Made by a program: the position numbers and the translations under genes
Shown here: in pieces, positions 36,060 to 46,887 of the stretch
Layout of the letters: every line of letters starts with the position of its first letter
Numbering within the stretch: position 1 is the first letter of the stretch
Assembly: GCA_019058445.1 (NCBI GenBank)
Contig: JAHPZA010000003.1
Location: forward strand, 387,516-451,515
Length of the DNA stretch: 64,000 bases
Direction of reading: 5' to 3'
From: Promethearchaeota archaeon
GTDB taxonomy: Archaea; Asgardarchaeota; Lokiarchaeia; Sigyniarchaeales; SOKP01
The notes under the pieces: model-generated
What the model was told of the DNA's origin: nothing
What the model saw: only the letters and a program-made list of their open reading frames with translations
Database searches by the model: none

Positions 36060-37628
36060 TTGTCAGATAATTTAGATAAAGATAAAAAAAGTTTAATTGT
36101 AATTGGTGCTGGCATAACAGGATTGAGTACTGGTTTAACTTGGGCGATGTACCATGATGTTAAAAAAGAACCAGTTCTCATTATTGAGAAAGAACCTAAA
36201 ACTGGAGGGTATGTTACTTCTTATGAACGCGAAGGATTCCTTTTTGATACTTGTCAAATGATTCCAAATATTACGGAATTATTAGAATTTTTTGACATTG
36301 ATATCGAGCTCAAGGAATATAAAGGCTATTATATGAGGATTTTCTTAGTCGATACTAAAGCAAATAAAGTAAAAACTATCGATTTACCTTCTGGATTCGA
36401 AAATTTCAAGAATGGATTAATGGAAAAATATCCAAATAATGCGGCAGAAATCGAACACTTTTTAGATTACTCGAGAGCTTTGTATTTAGAGTTATTTAAT
36501 CTGAAACTTGAACCTAGTATTGTCGAAATTATTAAAACGCTCTTCACTTGTCCAAAAATCGTGAAAAATTCATCTAAAACTTTCAAAGAATATTTCGCTC
36601 AGTTTAACATTACAGAACCGGATGTTATTGAAATATTTACCATATTTGCTGAATTTAGCGGATTACCAGCAGATAGAGTTTCAGCACCGGTACCAATATC
36701 AGCAATGAATTCTCTTCTCGATGGTGCCTTTCGACCAAAAGGAGGTTTTATTGAATTTCCTAAGAAATTTGAAGAGAAATATCTCAGTTTTGGTGGAGAA
36801 CTCATGCTCAATACCAAAGTAAGCAAAATACTGGTTGAAAACGGGGAGGTCAAAGGGGTTCGATTAGAGGATGGCTCTGAAATCTATTCGGATTTAGTTG
36901 TCACTACAGTAGATCCTAATGTTGCTATGAAAGACATGGTTGGATTGGATATAATCCGTGATCTAAATAAGAAATATGCTAAAAAAGTTGAAAATATTAA
37001 GATGTCAACATCTTCCATGAATGTAAGCATTGGTCTTGATGATGAAATTGATCTGGGTGCATTAGGATTAGATTGCGGCTATAGTGTGATCACCACAGGA
37101 GGAGATATTTATGATAGATTATTCGATGACATGGAACAAGGGAAAATTGGCTATACTGATGAAGAATTTCGACTTGGAGTGATATGTCCCTCATTAACCA
37201 CGGGCGGTAAACCAAATATCGCCTTGAGGATTGTTCCGATGGGAATTGACGATTGGACAGAATTGAGAGAAAAGGACCCTCAGAAATACAAAGAAAAAAA
37301 GCAAAAATGGGCGGATTTCTTCATAGATAAAACTGAAAAATACCTCATTCCGGACCTGCGAAAACACATTAAAGTAATTGATATTTCAACTCCTGCTACT
37401 TACGCGAGATATTCAGGGTCTCCCTCAGGAGCAATTTACGACATGGCGCCATATCCGGATAATTTTGGAAGAACCCGACTCAAAATGAGAACTCCTGTAA
37501 AGGGGCTATTTCAACCAAAATTCATTCATAGTGTCTTTGCCACCTTACTTGCAGGTATGCAAGTGAATGACATGTTCATGAATAGAGCAATTATGGATGG
37601 TAATGCGAGATATAAGGCTAAAAATTAA
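36060..37628 (+). CDS. FAD/NAD(P)-binding oxidoreductase (phytoene desaturase / amine oxidase-like)
   Basis: 522 aa. TTG start behind AGGTG. Dinucleotide fold SLIVIGAGITGLSTG...IIEKEPKTGG. Confidence 0.7.
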   Translation: MSDNLDKDKKSLIVIGAGITGLSTGLTWAMYHDVKKEPVLIIEKEPKTGGYVTSYEREGFLFDTCQMIPNITELLEFFDIDIELKEYKGYYMRIFLVDTKANKVKTIDLPSGFENFKNGLMEKYPNNAAEIEHFLDYSRALYLELFNLKLEPSIVEIIKTLFTCPKIVKNSSKTFKEYFAQFNITEPDVIEIFTIFAEFSGLPADRVSAPVPISAMNSLLDGAFRPKGGFIEFPKKFEEKYLSFGGELMLNTKVSKILVENGEVKGVRLEDGSEIYSDLVVTTVDPNVAMKDMVGLDIIRDLNKKYAKKVENIKMSTSSMNVSIGLDDEIDLGALGLDCGYSVITTGGDIYDRLFDDMEQGKIGYTDEEFRLGVICPSLTTGGKPNIALRIVPMGIDDWTELREKDPQKYKEKKQKWADFFIDKTEKYLIPDLRKHIKVIDISTPATYARYSGSPSGAIYDMAPYPDNFGRTRLKMRTPVKGLFQPKFIHSVFATLLAGMQVNDMFMNRAIMDGNARYKAKN

Positions 37629-37772
37629 AAATCTCCATTGTCTAAACTAATCTATCGATAAACTTACTAGTTGAAAAAGCTTTTCAATTTTTTTTATAAT
37701 TTCTTTTAAATTTTAATGGTTAGAAAACATATATTAAATTAGAGTATAAATTTTGAATTAGATTTCCATACT

Positions 37773-38882
37773 ATGACAAAAAAAAAGATTGGATTAATTA
37801 TCAATCCTATTGCAGGCATGGGCGGTTCGGTAGGATTAAAAGGAACTGATGGAGATGCCTATAAAAAGGCTTTAAAATTAGGGGCGAAACCTGTAACCCC
37901 AGAAAGAATTAGTATATTATTGAATAATTTGAAGAATAAAACAAAATTGTCATTTTATACTGCTCCGGGGAAGATGGGCGCTGATTTCTTAGAAGATAAA
38001 GGAATAGAGTTTCAAATTATTGGAGAAATTGGGGATTTAACCTCAGCAAAAGATACTCAAAGAATCGCAAAACAAATGCGTGATAAAGATGTGCAGTTGC
38101 TTGTTTTCTGTGGAGGAGATGGCACTGCGAGAGACATCTATGACGCCATTGGATTGGAAATTCCTGTTGTGGCAATTCCATCAGGTGTAAAAATGTTCAG
38201 CTCTGTATTTGCTCTTAATCCCAGAGCCGCTGCGGAGATGATTGAAGCATTCATTAATGAAACAAGTACCCTTGAAAAAGAAGTCCTTGATATTAATGAG
38301 GAGGCGTTTAGAAAAGGGAAATTAGAATCAAAGTTATATGGATATCTAAAAGTTCCCGAAGTCCAAAAATTATTACAAGCGGGAAAACAAAGTTCAAAAA
38401 TGGGTAAAACTGCGGAAGAAAACAAAAGGGATATTGCAAGATATATCATAGAAAACATGGAAACTAATGTTTTGTATTTACTGGGACCTGGAACTACAGT
38501 AAAAGCAATTTCGGATTTACTGAATATTTCTAAAGCGCTTCTTGGTATAGATGCTATTTATGATAAAACTCTTGTGGCAACTGATATTAATGAGAATGGA
38601 ATTCTCGAATTAATAAATAAATATACAACTACTAAAATTATTGTGTCTCCAATTGGGGGTCAAGGGTTTATTTTTGGGAGAGGAAATAAACAATTTACTC
38701 CAAGGATTCTTAAAAAAATCGGGAAGGAAAATATTCAAGTAGTAGCAACAGCGGAAAAAATGAAAGGACTGATGTGTTTACGGGTTGATACTGGAGATGA
38801 AGAAGTTGATGAAATTTTAAAAGGGTTTATTAAAGTTATTGTTGAATATAATGAAGAGTTAGTAATTGAAATAGAGTGCTAA
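37773..38882 (+). CDS. ATP-NAD kinase family protein (AcoX-like)
   Basis: 369 aa. Contains IGLIINPIAGMGGSVGLKGTDG and FCGGDGTARDI. Confidence 0.65.
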   Translation: MTKKKIGLIINPIAGMGGSVGLKGTDGDAYKKALKLGAKPVTPERISILLNNLKNKTKLSFYTAPGKMGADFLEDKGIEFQIIGEIGDLTSAKDTQRIAKQMRDKDVQLLVFCGGDGTARDIYDAIGLEIPVVAIPSGVKMFSSVFALNPRAAAEMIEAFINETSTLEKEVLDINEEAFRKGKLESKLYGYLKVPEVQKLLQAGKQSSKMGKTAEENKRDIARYIIENMETNVLYLLGPGTTVKAISDLLNISKALLGIDAIYDKTLVATDINENGILELINKYTTTKIIVSPIGGQGFIFGRGNKQFTPRILKKIGKENIQVVATAEKMKGLMCLRVDTGDEEVDEILKGFIKVIVEYNEELVIEIEC

Positions 38883-38961
38883 AAAGAAAGATTTTAATAG
38901 ATATCTAATAAAAGTAAAAAAAAGATATGAGATTTAACTTGAATTAAGTTTGGATTATGCT

Positions 38962-39996
38962 TTATTTTAGCAAAGCGCTATTTTTTCTTATTGTTGCTTC
39001 CGCATTTTTTATTATGTTTTCGATTATATCGCTTACGTCTTTAATACTATCAATTATTCCTATAGATTGACCTAGAAGTACCGCACCGTTTTCAGTATCT
39101 CCTTCATATACCTTTTGATAAGCACCCAAGTCTTTCAACATATCATCCATGGTTATGTTTTTTTCATGTTCTACCATTTCCTCTTTAGAGCCAGGCGCAG
39201 GATGTTCTAATGCATATTTATTTTTCCATAGTCTTATAGGACCAAATGCCCCCCAATACAATGCTGTATCTTGAGGAACACCAGGAGGAATTAATGCCTT
39301 ATATTTCTCATGAAATTCACTTTGTTTTGAGGCAATAAATCTAGATCCCATAGCTATTGCTCCTGCACCAAGTGAAAGAGCTGCTGCCAATCCTTCTCCA
39401 GTAGCAAATCCACCACACGCTATTTTAGGTAAGTCAGGGTATTTCTCATTAAGTTGCTGGAGTAGTACTAGTGTAGTTACTTTCTCAAAAGATTGATGAC
39501 CGCCACCTTCAGTGCCAGTGCATACTATTCCATCTACTTTGGAAGCTACGCATTTGTCTGCTAACCATACAGCTGGGGCTACATGAAAATGCTTTATCTC
39601 CGAAACCTTCCTTAATTCTTGAAAGTATTTAGACTCAGGTAGGAATCTTGAGGATCCGGCAGATGTTAGGATATACCTGCATTGTTCTTTTATTTTCGGA
39701 TCGCTCATAATTAGTTTAGGGACTTTTCTAACCATATCTTTGACTCCCCGATTGTTTCGAGAAGTAAGGATATTTAGACCAAAGGGTTTATCGGTGTGTT
39801 CGACCATATATTTCATGCTTTCCAAATGCTCTTTCGTTGGGTCGGTATTCAGTAAGTTCACATTTGATAAAACCCCCAGACCGCCAGCTTCGCTAACTGC
39901 AAGAGCCAATTCACGTGTATAGAATGGGCCCATTGGAGCGCTAAAGATTGGATGTTTTATTCCAAACATCTTAGTTATATTAGTTTCAATTACCAT
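38962..39996 (-). CDS. Nitronate monooxygenase / FabK-like FMN-dependent oxidoreductase (NPD family)
   Basis: 344 aa. Contains FGIKHPIFSAPMG, GTEGGGH and GAGAIAMGSRF. Confidence 0.75.
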   Translation of the reverse strand: MVIETNITKMFGIKHPIFSAPMGPFYTRELALAVSEAGGLGVLSNVNLLNTDPTKEHLESMKYMVEHTDKPFGLNILTSRNNRGVKDMVRKVPKLIMSDPKIKEQCRYILTSAGSSRFLPESKYFQELRKVSEIKHFHVAPAVWLADKCVASKVDGIVCTGTEGGGHQSFEKVTTLVLLQQLNEKYPDLPKIACGGFATGEGLAAALSLGAGAIAMGSRFIASKQSEFHEKYKALIPPGVPQDTALYWGAFGPIRLWKNKYALEHPAPGSKEEMVEHEKNITMDDMLKDLGAYQKVYEGDTENGAVLLGQSIGIIDSIKDVSDIIENIIKNAEATIRKNSALLK

Positions 39997-40169
39997 TTTT
40001 ACTCATTTTTTTTTTGATTAGTGATGCTAGTTAATATTTAATTAAAATTATGGCTAATTTTAATACTTTTTAAAATTATATTTAAAATTAGATTTACGGA
40101 AGTAATTTTAAGAACTATAATAAAATATCTCTCAAAATAATGGTTTTGACATATATAATAGAGGAGCAT

Positions 40170-41423
40170 TTAAAGCAATGATCTTATTGTTTCGAGATTC
40201 GCTTTAGCAATTTGATATTTCCCTTGCATAAATTCGTGAGCAGCATCTTGAAATAATTTATCAGTTTTATCTGGGAATTTATCCCTTAATTGTCGTTGTT
40301 TTGAAAAAATTTTTGCGAAAGTATCAATATATTTCTCCCAAATTTCTTGATAATTATGAGGTAATCTGGGAATTCTTTCTTTTGCTTCAGGGAATGGCAT
40401 AAACTTTTTATGAGGTTCTTTTTGATACCAGTATGCTACGCTTGAATAATCGTTCTCAAAATTATTAGCATGACCATGCTCAATCGTCCATTTAATTTTT
40501 TGTTTGAACCTTATCGGATCGTGGATATACCAACGATACATTCCATTATTACCCGAATAATTAAAATTCTCTATAAGATGAAATCCTGTATACGGTCCCG
40601 AATATTCATGCTTGGGACTTGCTCCCCCTCCAAAAATCTCTTCTGAACCCGTTCCATGAAATGAGGGTGGCCATTTATCATCATCTATAAAAATCATATC
40701 ATCTCCTTCTCCATACCATCCGCCAGCTAAGTTATCAATATTTAGTAATAATCCAACTAATTGGCCATCACCCTTTGCATCCAAAATAACATAATTATCG
40801 TCTCCGGTTAAATTTTTACCCGCCCAAGAAGACACATTCTTTTTCTTTCTTTTTAAAATTTTTTCAGAAACAGTGGTTAGATTCTCTCGATTCCAATGAG
40901 CATGAAAATAACCTATATCTTTCGGTAAATTATCATCAAGTTTATCATAATCAATATGATACCAAAAACCAGTCATATAGCCCCCTAGAGGTGAAGGACC
41001 TTGGTTTTCTATTTCAATTTTAGCATGTTTGGAAAATGGCATTGGAAAATAAATATTGAAGCCATAGCTTCCCCAAATACCTCTATTTATGGTTATCATC
41101 AATGAGTTAATTAATCTTAACCTACAATTACTTACACCAAAAAAATCTCCCATCGGAACCTCCACGCTTGGACTCTTTTCGTAATCCCAGTACATCCTAA
41201 TTACTGCATTGCGAAATTCTAAAGGATTTGGAAGAATAGTCGTAAAATAGAGATGTTTTATAATACCTGGCCCTTCAATATCGGCTAAAATTACAGATTC
41301 TTTACTTTTAATGTGAAGAAAATCAAGATTCCGTCCTGTTTTATCCCAACTAGAGATACGATGACTAGAGTTATTATTTAATTTGCAAATATTTGGAAAT
41401 GCATAAAACTGAATTCTAATCAC
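40170..41423 (-). CDS. DUF2961 / glycoside hydrolase family 172 protein
   Basis: 417 aa. The N-terminal ISSWDKTGRNLDFLHIKSKESVILADIEGPGIIKHLYFT matches the characteristic DUF2961 opening. GTG start. Confidence 0.7.
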   Translation of the reverse strand: MIRIQFYAFPNICKLNNNSSHRISSWDKTGRNLDFLHIKSKESVILADIEGPGIIKHLYFTTILPNPLEFRNAVIRMYWDYEKSPSVEVPMGDFFGVSNCRLRLINSLMITINRGIWGSYGFNIYFPMPFSKHAKIEIENQGPSPLGGYMTGFWYHIDYDKLDDNLPKDIGYFHAHWNRENLTTVSEKILKRKKKNVSSWAGKNLTGDDNYVILDAKGDGQLVGLLLNIDNLAGGWYGEGDDMIFIDDDKWPPSFHGTGSEEIFGGGASPKHEYSGPYTGFHLIENFNYSGNNGMYRWYIHDPIRFKQKIKWTIEHGHANNFENDYSSVAYWYQKEPHKKFMPFPEAKERIPRLPHNYQEIWEKYIDTFAKIFSKQRQLRDKFPDKTDKLFQDAAHEFMQGKYQIAKANLETIRSLL

Positions 41424-41604
41424 TTAAAATTTTGTTAATATTAAAAAACTCTTTTGACATAAAAATTTTAGCTCATATTTATGAAAATTATCAAATAAGT
41501 GTCATAACGTTTATAAATATTTTAGACAAATTATTATTAATAATTTATTTAACTAAAAGCTAAATAATATAGAAAAACCAACAATTTAAGGAGATATTTA
41601 AAAA

Positions 41605-43002
41605 ATGAGTGAGATCACTAAAAGCGATTCAGGATCCGTAATATTGCATTCTAAGAAGATCCACGCATCATATGGTGCGAGTGAAATTGTTACTCACCTT
41701 ATCGACATGGCTTTAATAGGTATTATAATTTTCTTCTATGAGTCAGAAGTAGGACTAAATATATGGCTCATCACTTTAGGTTACACTATATATATGGTTT
41801 GGGACGCATTTAACGATCCTCTTGTAGGATACCTTACTGATCGCCCCTTTAAATTCACAAAGAAATGGGGACGTAGGTTTCCGTGGATGATGATAGCATA
41901 TATCCCTTGGTTAATTTCTTTTCTGCTTATATTTACCCCTCCTAGCTCAAATAATCAATGGTTACTCTTTGGTTGGCTCGTTTTTACCTTATGTTTATAT
42001 GATTTTCTTGAATCTATATTTACAGTTAATTTCTTCGCTCTTTACCCTGATAAGTTCCGTGATAAGGATGAAAGGGTGTCTGTTTCTGCGTTTATCGTTT
42101 ATTTAGGCTTTTTTGGCATTATAGGTGCGTTTATAATTCCAGGTTTGGTCATTAAGTTTGGAGATATAGGAAGTTATTTTATAATGGCACTGGTGATTGT
42201 GGTTATTTGCCTAGTTTGCTTAATTTTCATGATACCAGGACTTAGAGACGATCCGGAATCTGTAGAGAAGTATCTTGCTAAATTTGAAAAAACTGAAACA
42301 GAATCTTTTTTCAAAGTATTAAAAGAAGCACTCAGGCAAAAATCTTTTCTAGTATTTCTAATAATGTATATATGTTACCAGTCGCTCACAGCACTCATGA
42401 CGGCTTCCTTATTTTATTTTGTGAGATACGTATTAGAAGGGGAAGCCATTGTAACAGTTATTCTTATGCTTGCGATGCTGGGAGGTGGAGCTATTTCAGT
42501 ACCATTGTGGATGAGATATAATAAAAAAACGGGTGACACACGTAAAGTAATGCTTGTAGGAGGCATCGTGATGGTTTGCTTCGCATCGCTGATGTCAGCA
42601 TTCACCAATCTAACATTTGTTGTAATAATTACATTATTGTGGGGAATGGGCCTTGGTGGATATTGGGTAATGTATCGAGTAATTTTTGGTGAAGTTATTG
42701 ATGAGTCTGTAGTAATTAATGAAAAACGACAAGAGGGTACCTATAATGGAGTAAGAATCTTCTTTTCCAGATCTGCGGGAGTTATCCAAGTGGTTACCAT
42801 AGCGGTCGTTCACGTATTTACCGGATTTGATTCAAATGTTTCAACTCAAACAGATTTAGCATTAATAGGAATTAGACTTCATATGGGACTAATACCCGCA
42901 ATGATTATGCTGGTAGGCTTGCTCGTATTTTGGAAATACTATGACATTACTCCAAGTAAAGCAAAAGAACTGAAAGATAGAATAATAGTACTAGGTTTAT
43001 GA
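41605..43002 (+). CDS. MFS transporter of the glycoside-pentoside-hexuronide (GPH) cation symporter family
   Basis: 465 aa, about 12 TM segments. GPH signature DAFNDPLVGYLTDR. A GGAG RBS lies upstream. Confidence 0.8.
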   Translation: MSEITKSDSGSVILHSKKIHASYGASEIVTHLIDMALIGIIIFFYESEVGLNIWLITLGYTIYMVWDAFNDPLVGYLTDRPFKFTKKWGRRFPWMMIAYIPWLISFLLIFTPPSSNNQWLLFGWLVFTLCLYDFLESIFTVNFFALYPDKFRDKDERVSVSAFIVYLGFFGIIGAFIIPGLVIKFGDIGSYFIMALVIVVICLVCLIFMIPGLRDDPESVEKYLAKFEKTETESFFKVLKEALRQKSFLVFLIMYICYQSLTALMTASLFYFVRYVLEGEAIVTVILMLAMLGGGAISVPLWMRYNKKTGDTRKVMLVGGIVMVCFASLMSAFTNLTFVVIITLLWGMGLGGYWVMYRVIFGEVIDESVVINEKRQEGTYNGVRIFFSRSAGVIQVVTIAVVHVFTGFDSNVSTQTDLALIGIRLHMGLIPAMIMLVGLLVFWKYYDITPSKAKELKDRIIVLGL

Positions 43003-43124
43003 AATAATTAATTTTAACTTTTTATTTTTTTATGATTTTAATTTAATTTACTGTTTTAAACTATAAATTTTTTTAATAAGTACTGATTTAATTTCTGTGA
43101 TTATTTATAAAAGGATGTAAAAAG

Positions 43125-43943
43125 ATGGTTAATGAAATTAAAATCGTCGCCATAATTGGTGCGGGATTTCTGGGAAAGCAGATTGCATCTCAAACAGCTT
43201 TTTATGATTATACTATTCGGCTTTATGATGTTCGTACTGAAACACTTGAAAAATTAGTAAAAAAAATCGCTCGTAAAAAGAAGAAAAAAGGAGCGCTCGG
43301 AGAAATTACTTACCATAATAATCTTAATGAAGCAGTTTCAGATGCGGATCTTATTATTGAGGCAGTACCTGAGATATTGGAGTTAAAGAAAAAGATATTT
43401 TCTCAGATTGATGAAAATGCGCCCCCTCATGCGATTATTGCTACAAATAGTTCTTCAATCCCTGTTTCAAGAATAGAAGATGCTGTCCAACGTAAGGATA
43501 AAGTATTAAACATGCATTTTTATCATCAAGCTATTCCAATGGTAGATTTAATGAAAGGGACTAGGACAAGCGAGGAAACCTTTGAAATTGGAAAAAGATG
43601 GATTGAAAGCATAGAATTTACTCCTATAATTGTAAAAAAAGAGAGTTTTGGGTTCGTATTTAACAGATTATGGCATAGATTAAGATTAGAAGCCCTAAAA
43701 ATGTGGGCTGAGGGAATTGTTGATATTGAAATGATGGATATTGCGTGGAAAATCTTTACTCATATGGATGTAGGACCTTTTGAACTAATGGATACAATAG
43801 GTCTTGATACTGTATATAACGTTCATATGTCATATTTCAAGGAAACAGGAGATCCTAAAGAAAAACCGCCTCAAGCACTTAAAGACATGATCGACAAGAA
43901 TATGCTTGGAATGAAGACGAAGAAAGGTTTTTATGAATATTAA
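43125..43943 (+). CDS. 3-hydroxyacyl-CoA dehydrogenase family protein (short form)
   Basis: 272 aa. Contains IIGAGFLGKQIA, ATNSSS and a C-terminal MGMKTKKGFYEY. Confidence 0.75.
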   Translation: MVNEIKIVAIIGAGFLGKQIASQTAFYDYTIRLYDVRTETLEKLVKKIARKKKKKGALGEITYHNNLNEAVSDADLIIEAVPEILELKKKIFSQIDENAPPHAIIATNSSSIPVSRIEDAVQRKDKVLNMHFYHQAIPMVDLMKGTRTSEETFEIGKRWIESIEFTPIIVKKESFGFVFNRLWHRLRLEALKMWAEGIVDIEMMDIAWKIFTHMDVGPFELMDTIGLDTVYNVHMSYFKETGDPKEKPPQALKDMIDKNMLGMKTKKGFYEY

Positions 43944-44079
43944 AATCTTTAAGAGCTATTCAATTTCAACCTAAATTTCATGGTTTTTGATCGAAAAACT
44001 ATTTAAATATGTGAGATTTCTCAAATTTATTTCTTATGTAGTAATTTATATCTATAATATCAATAAGTGAAATATAATT

Positions 44080-45813
44080 ATGTCCAAAAAAGATTTAGAC
44101 GGAGGAGACCTCTTAGTTAGAAGCCTATTGTCCGAAGGAGTTAAATATATATTTGGGATAACTGGAGGTGAGTTATTAAGAATATATGATGCAATTTATC
44201 GTTTTGGACGTAATGAGGGACTTGATACAATTATGGTCCGTCATGAACAAAACGGAGCTCATGCTGCGGATGCATATGCGAGGGCGACAGGAGAAATCGG
44301 AGTGTGTATGGGGACTGTTGGTCCTGGAGTTATGCATCTAATACCTGCCGTAGCGTCAGCATGGGCAGATTCAATTCCCTTATTAGTGATCGGAGCTCAG
44401 GTGGCCAAGATATTTGATAATACTGGAATTATTCAGGGGTATATTGATCAGATGGCTGCTATGAAACCAATCACGAAATTACAAATCAGCCTAGAAAATC
44501 CCAGTGAAATCCCAGAAGCGATACAAAAAGCAATTAAAACGGCCTTATCTGGGAGACGAGGTCCAGTTTATCTAGAGTTTCGAGAAACCGCGTTGGTAAG
44601 GGCTGCTAGTGAAGAGGATGTAAATAAAATTCAAGGTTCGCAACAATATCGTCAGAAAGTGAGGATTAAAGCTAAAGATGAGGATATTAAAGCAATAGTG
44701 AATCTCCTTAAAACAGCTGAAAAGCCATTGATTATTGCCGGTGGTGGTACGTTAGCTTCAGAAGCATCTGGAGAAGTGAAAAAGCTTTCTACTAATTATA
44801 TGATCCCCACAGGGACAACAGTTAATGGTATAGGGTCGATATCAAGAGATGAAAGTACCTATGTAGGATCAATGTTCACTTTAAATGCTTTAAGAACAGC
44901 AGCATCTAAGGCTGATATTGTTTTATCATTTGGGTGTAAATGGGATTACACCACCTTATTTGGAGATGTACCTTTCTGGAATAAAAACCAAAAACTCATT
45001 CAAGTCGATATTGATTCAAAAGAAATAGGAAAGAATAGGACTGCAGAAATTGGGATTGTCGCAGATGCTAAATCTGTGCTTCGTCAATTATTATTAGAAA
45101 TGGAAAAAAGCCTTCCTAAGGAAAAAATCACTGAATGGTCAGAATGGAATGATTTCCTTCAAGAGTTTTATATCGCCGAACTGGCACAGAATGAGAAGTT
45201 TTTGAAATCAGATAAAAAACCTATGCTCCCTCAACGACTAGTATTAGAAATTTACAACTTTTTTCCACCAGAAACAATCTATACTATAGATGGAGGGGAT
45301 ATAATGGCATTCTCTCATATGTTTATAAGCTATTTCTCAAGATTTCCTAGAAGCTACTTATATCCAGTTGGGATGGGCCATCTTGGAGTTGGCCTGCCTT
45401 ATGCCATAGGGGCAAAATTAGCGAAGCCAAATAATCCTGTAGTCGCTATTACAGGAGATGGGAGTTTCCTTTTTTCCGCTCAAGAGTTAGATACAGCAGT
45501 AAGGTTTAATTTACCAATAATATGCATAATCTCGAACAATTCTTGTTGGGGAATGATAAAAGGAAACCAATATCTTAATTATGGTAAGCGATATTGCGAC
45601 ACTGATCTGCCTGCAACTAATTTCGCTGAAATAGCTAAAAGTTATGGATGTTATGCTGAAAAAATAACTAATCCTGATGAGTTCCAAGGCGCGCTTCAGC
45701 GGGCTGTTGATTCAAAAAGACCCGCAGTTATAGATGTGGATGTATCATTTGAGATTAATCCCGCAAGAAGAATGTTTGATCTTTATAAAAAAAGTAAAGG
45801 TTTATATGGATAA
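44080..45813 (+). CDS. Thiamine-diphosphate enzyme (acetolactate synthase / 2-hydroxyacyl-CoA lyase / oxalyl-CoA decarboxylase superfamily)
   Basis: 577 aa. Contains GGDLLVRSL...VRHEQNGAHAADAYAR and GDGSFLFSAQELDTAVRFNLPIICIISNN. Confidence 0.8.
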   Translation: MSKKDLDGGDLLVRSLLSEGVKYIFGITGGELLRIYDAIYRFGRNEGLDTIMVRHEQNGAHAADAYARATGEIGVCMGTVGPGVMHLIPAVASAWADSIPLLVIGAQVAKIFDNTGIIQGYIDQMAAMKPITKLQISLENPSEIPEAIQKAIKTALSGRRGPVYLEFRETALVRAASEEDVNKIQGSQQYRQKVRIKAKDEDIKAIVNLLKTAEKPLIIAGGGTLASEASGEVKKLSTNYMIPTGTTVNGIGSISRDESTYVGSMFTLNALRTAASKADIVLSFGCKWDYTTLFGDVPFWNKNQKLIQVDIDSKEIGKNRTAEIGIVADAKSVLRQLLLEMEKSLPKEKITEWSEWNDFLQEFYIAELAQNEKFLKSDKKPMLPQRLVLEIYNFFPPETIYTIDGGDIMAFSHMFISYFSRFPRSYLYPVGMGHLGVGLPYAIGAKLAKPNNPVVAITGDGSFLFSAQELDTAVRFNLPIICIISNNSCWGMIKGNQYLNYGKRYCDTDLPATNFAEIAKSYGCYAEKITNPDEFQGALQRAVDSKRPAVIDVDVSFEINPARRMFDLYKKSKGLYG

Positions 45814-45859
45814 TAATAACTCTTTTTTCTAATTTATCGATAATTCGTTTTTTTAACAC

Positions 45860-46792
45860 TTAAATTGGTTTGAAGGCATTAATTTTATTTAGATATGATA
45901 GAATTTTTAAATATTGCCGATCCCGCTTTTTAAGTATTTCTTCTTCACTCATACCACCATAATCGTAAAATCCTTTGCTTGTTTTTGCTCCAAGATGCCC
46001 CTGATCCACTCTATTTTTAATAAGTGAAACTTCTATACCTTTACTCTTAGAAATATCATTAACTAAATCAAGACCTGTAAAGTCCAAAGTTTGGACTACA
46101 CCTACAATAGGAAGGCGAATGCCTAGACTATGTTTAACGGCGGCATCAATCATTTCTGGAGTTGCGATTTTTCGTAATAATAGCTCAAAAACCACTCCGC
46201 TAATAGCATTTTGAATCCTATTCACTATAAAAGAGTCTATATATTTGTTAAGCACGACTGGTTTTTTACCCAACCTTTCTATGAGTTTGACTGACAGTTC
46301 CACAGTCTCTTTAGAAGTTTTTCTTCCGGCAACAATCTCAACGAGTGGGATAATATAAGGCGGGGCAAACCAATGCTGAATGACTAAACGCCCAGGATTT
46401 TTAACCTTTACGATTTTAAAAATATCTAATGATGAAGTATTACTTGCTAGTATGCAGTTTTCAGAACAATATTCGTCTAATTGTGAAAAAACCTTCTCTT
46501 TTAGATCAGGAACCTCACTCACAGCCTCTACTACTAGATCTACACCTATGGTCGCTTCTTTAAGATCATTTGACGGTTTTATACGATTTAAAATGTTTGA
46601 AATTTCATTCTTATTAACCCATTCGAATTCTGCTAAAACGTTTAAATTTGATTTAATTAAATTCATTGCTCGATTAAGAATGTCTTGATTTAGATCAACC
46701 AGATTTACTTCTATACCTGCAGTTGCATATACTTGGGCAATTGAATGACCCATTGTACCTGCCCCAACTACTAGAATCTTCTTAATTTCCAT
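45860..46792 (-). CDS. 3-hydroxyacyl-CoA dehydrogenase family dehydrogenase, paralog of 7979..8920
   Basis: Collinear with 7979..8920 (VVGAGTMGHSIAQVYA, RLVIQHWF, IIPLVEIVAGRKT, DQGH.G.KTSKG). ATG 46792 is preferred because AGGAG sits only 2 nt from the listed GTG 46801. Confidence 0.8.
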   Translation of the reverse strand: MEIKKILVVGAGTMGHSIAQVYATAGIEVNLVDLNQDILNRAMNLIKSNLNVLAEFEWVNKNEISNILNRIKPSNDLKEATIGVDLVVEAVSEVPDLKEKVFSQLDEYCSENCILASNTSSLDIFKIVKVKNPGRLVIQHWFAPPYIIPLVEIVAGRKTSKETVELSVKLIERLGKKPVVLNKYIDSFIVNRIQNAISGVVFELLLRKIATPEMIDAAVKHSLGIRLPIVGVVQTLDFTGLDLVNDISKSKGIEVSLIKNRVDQGHLGAKTSKGFYDYGGMSEEEILKKRDRQYLKILSYLNKINAFKPI

Positions 46793-46887
46793 TTTTAGCA
46801 CTTCTCCTAAATTTTCTATTTGTAATTTATTATTTAATTAAATAAAATAAGATTTTGTATAAAGTGAAGTTTGTATAAATATAACAA

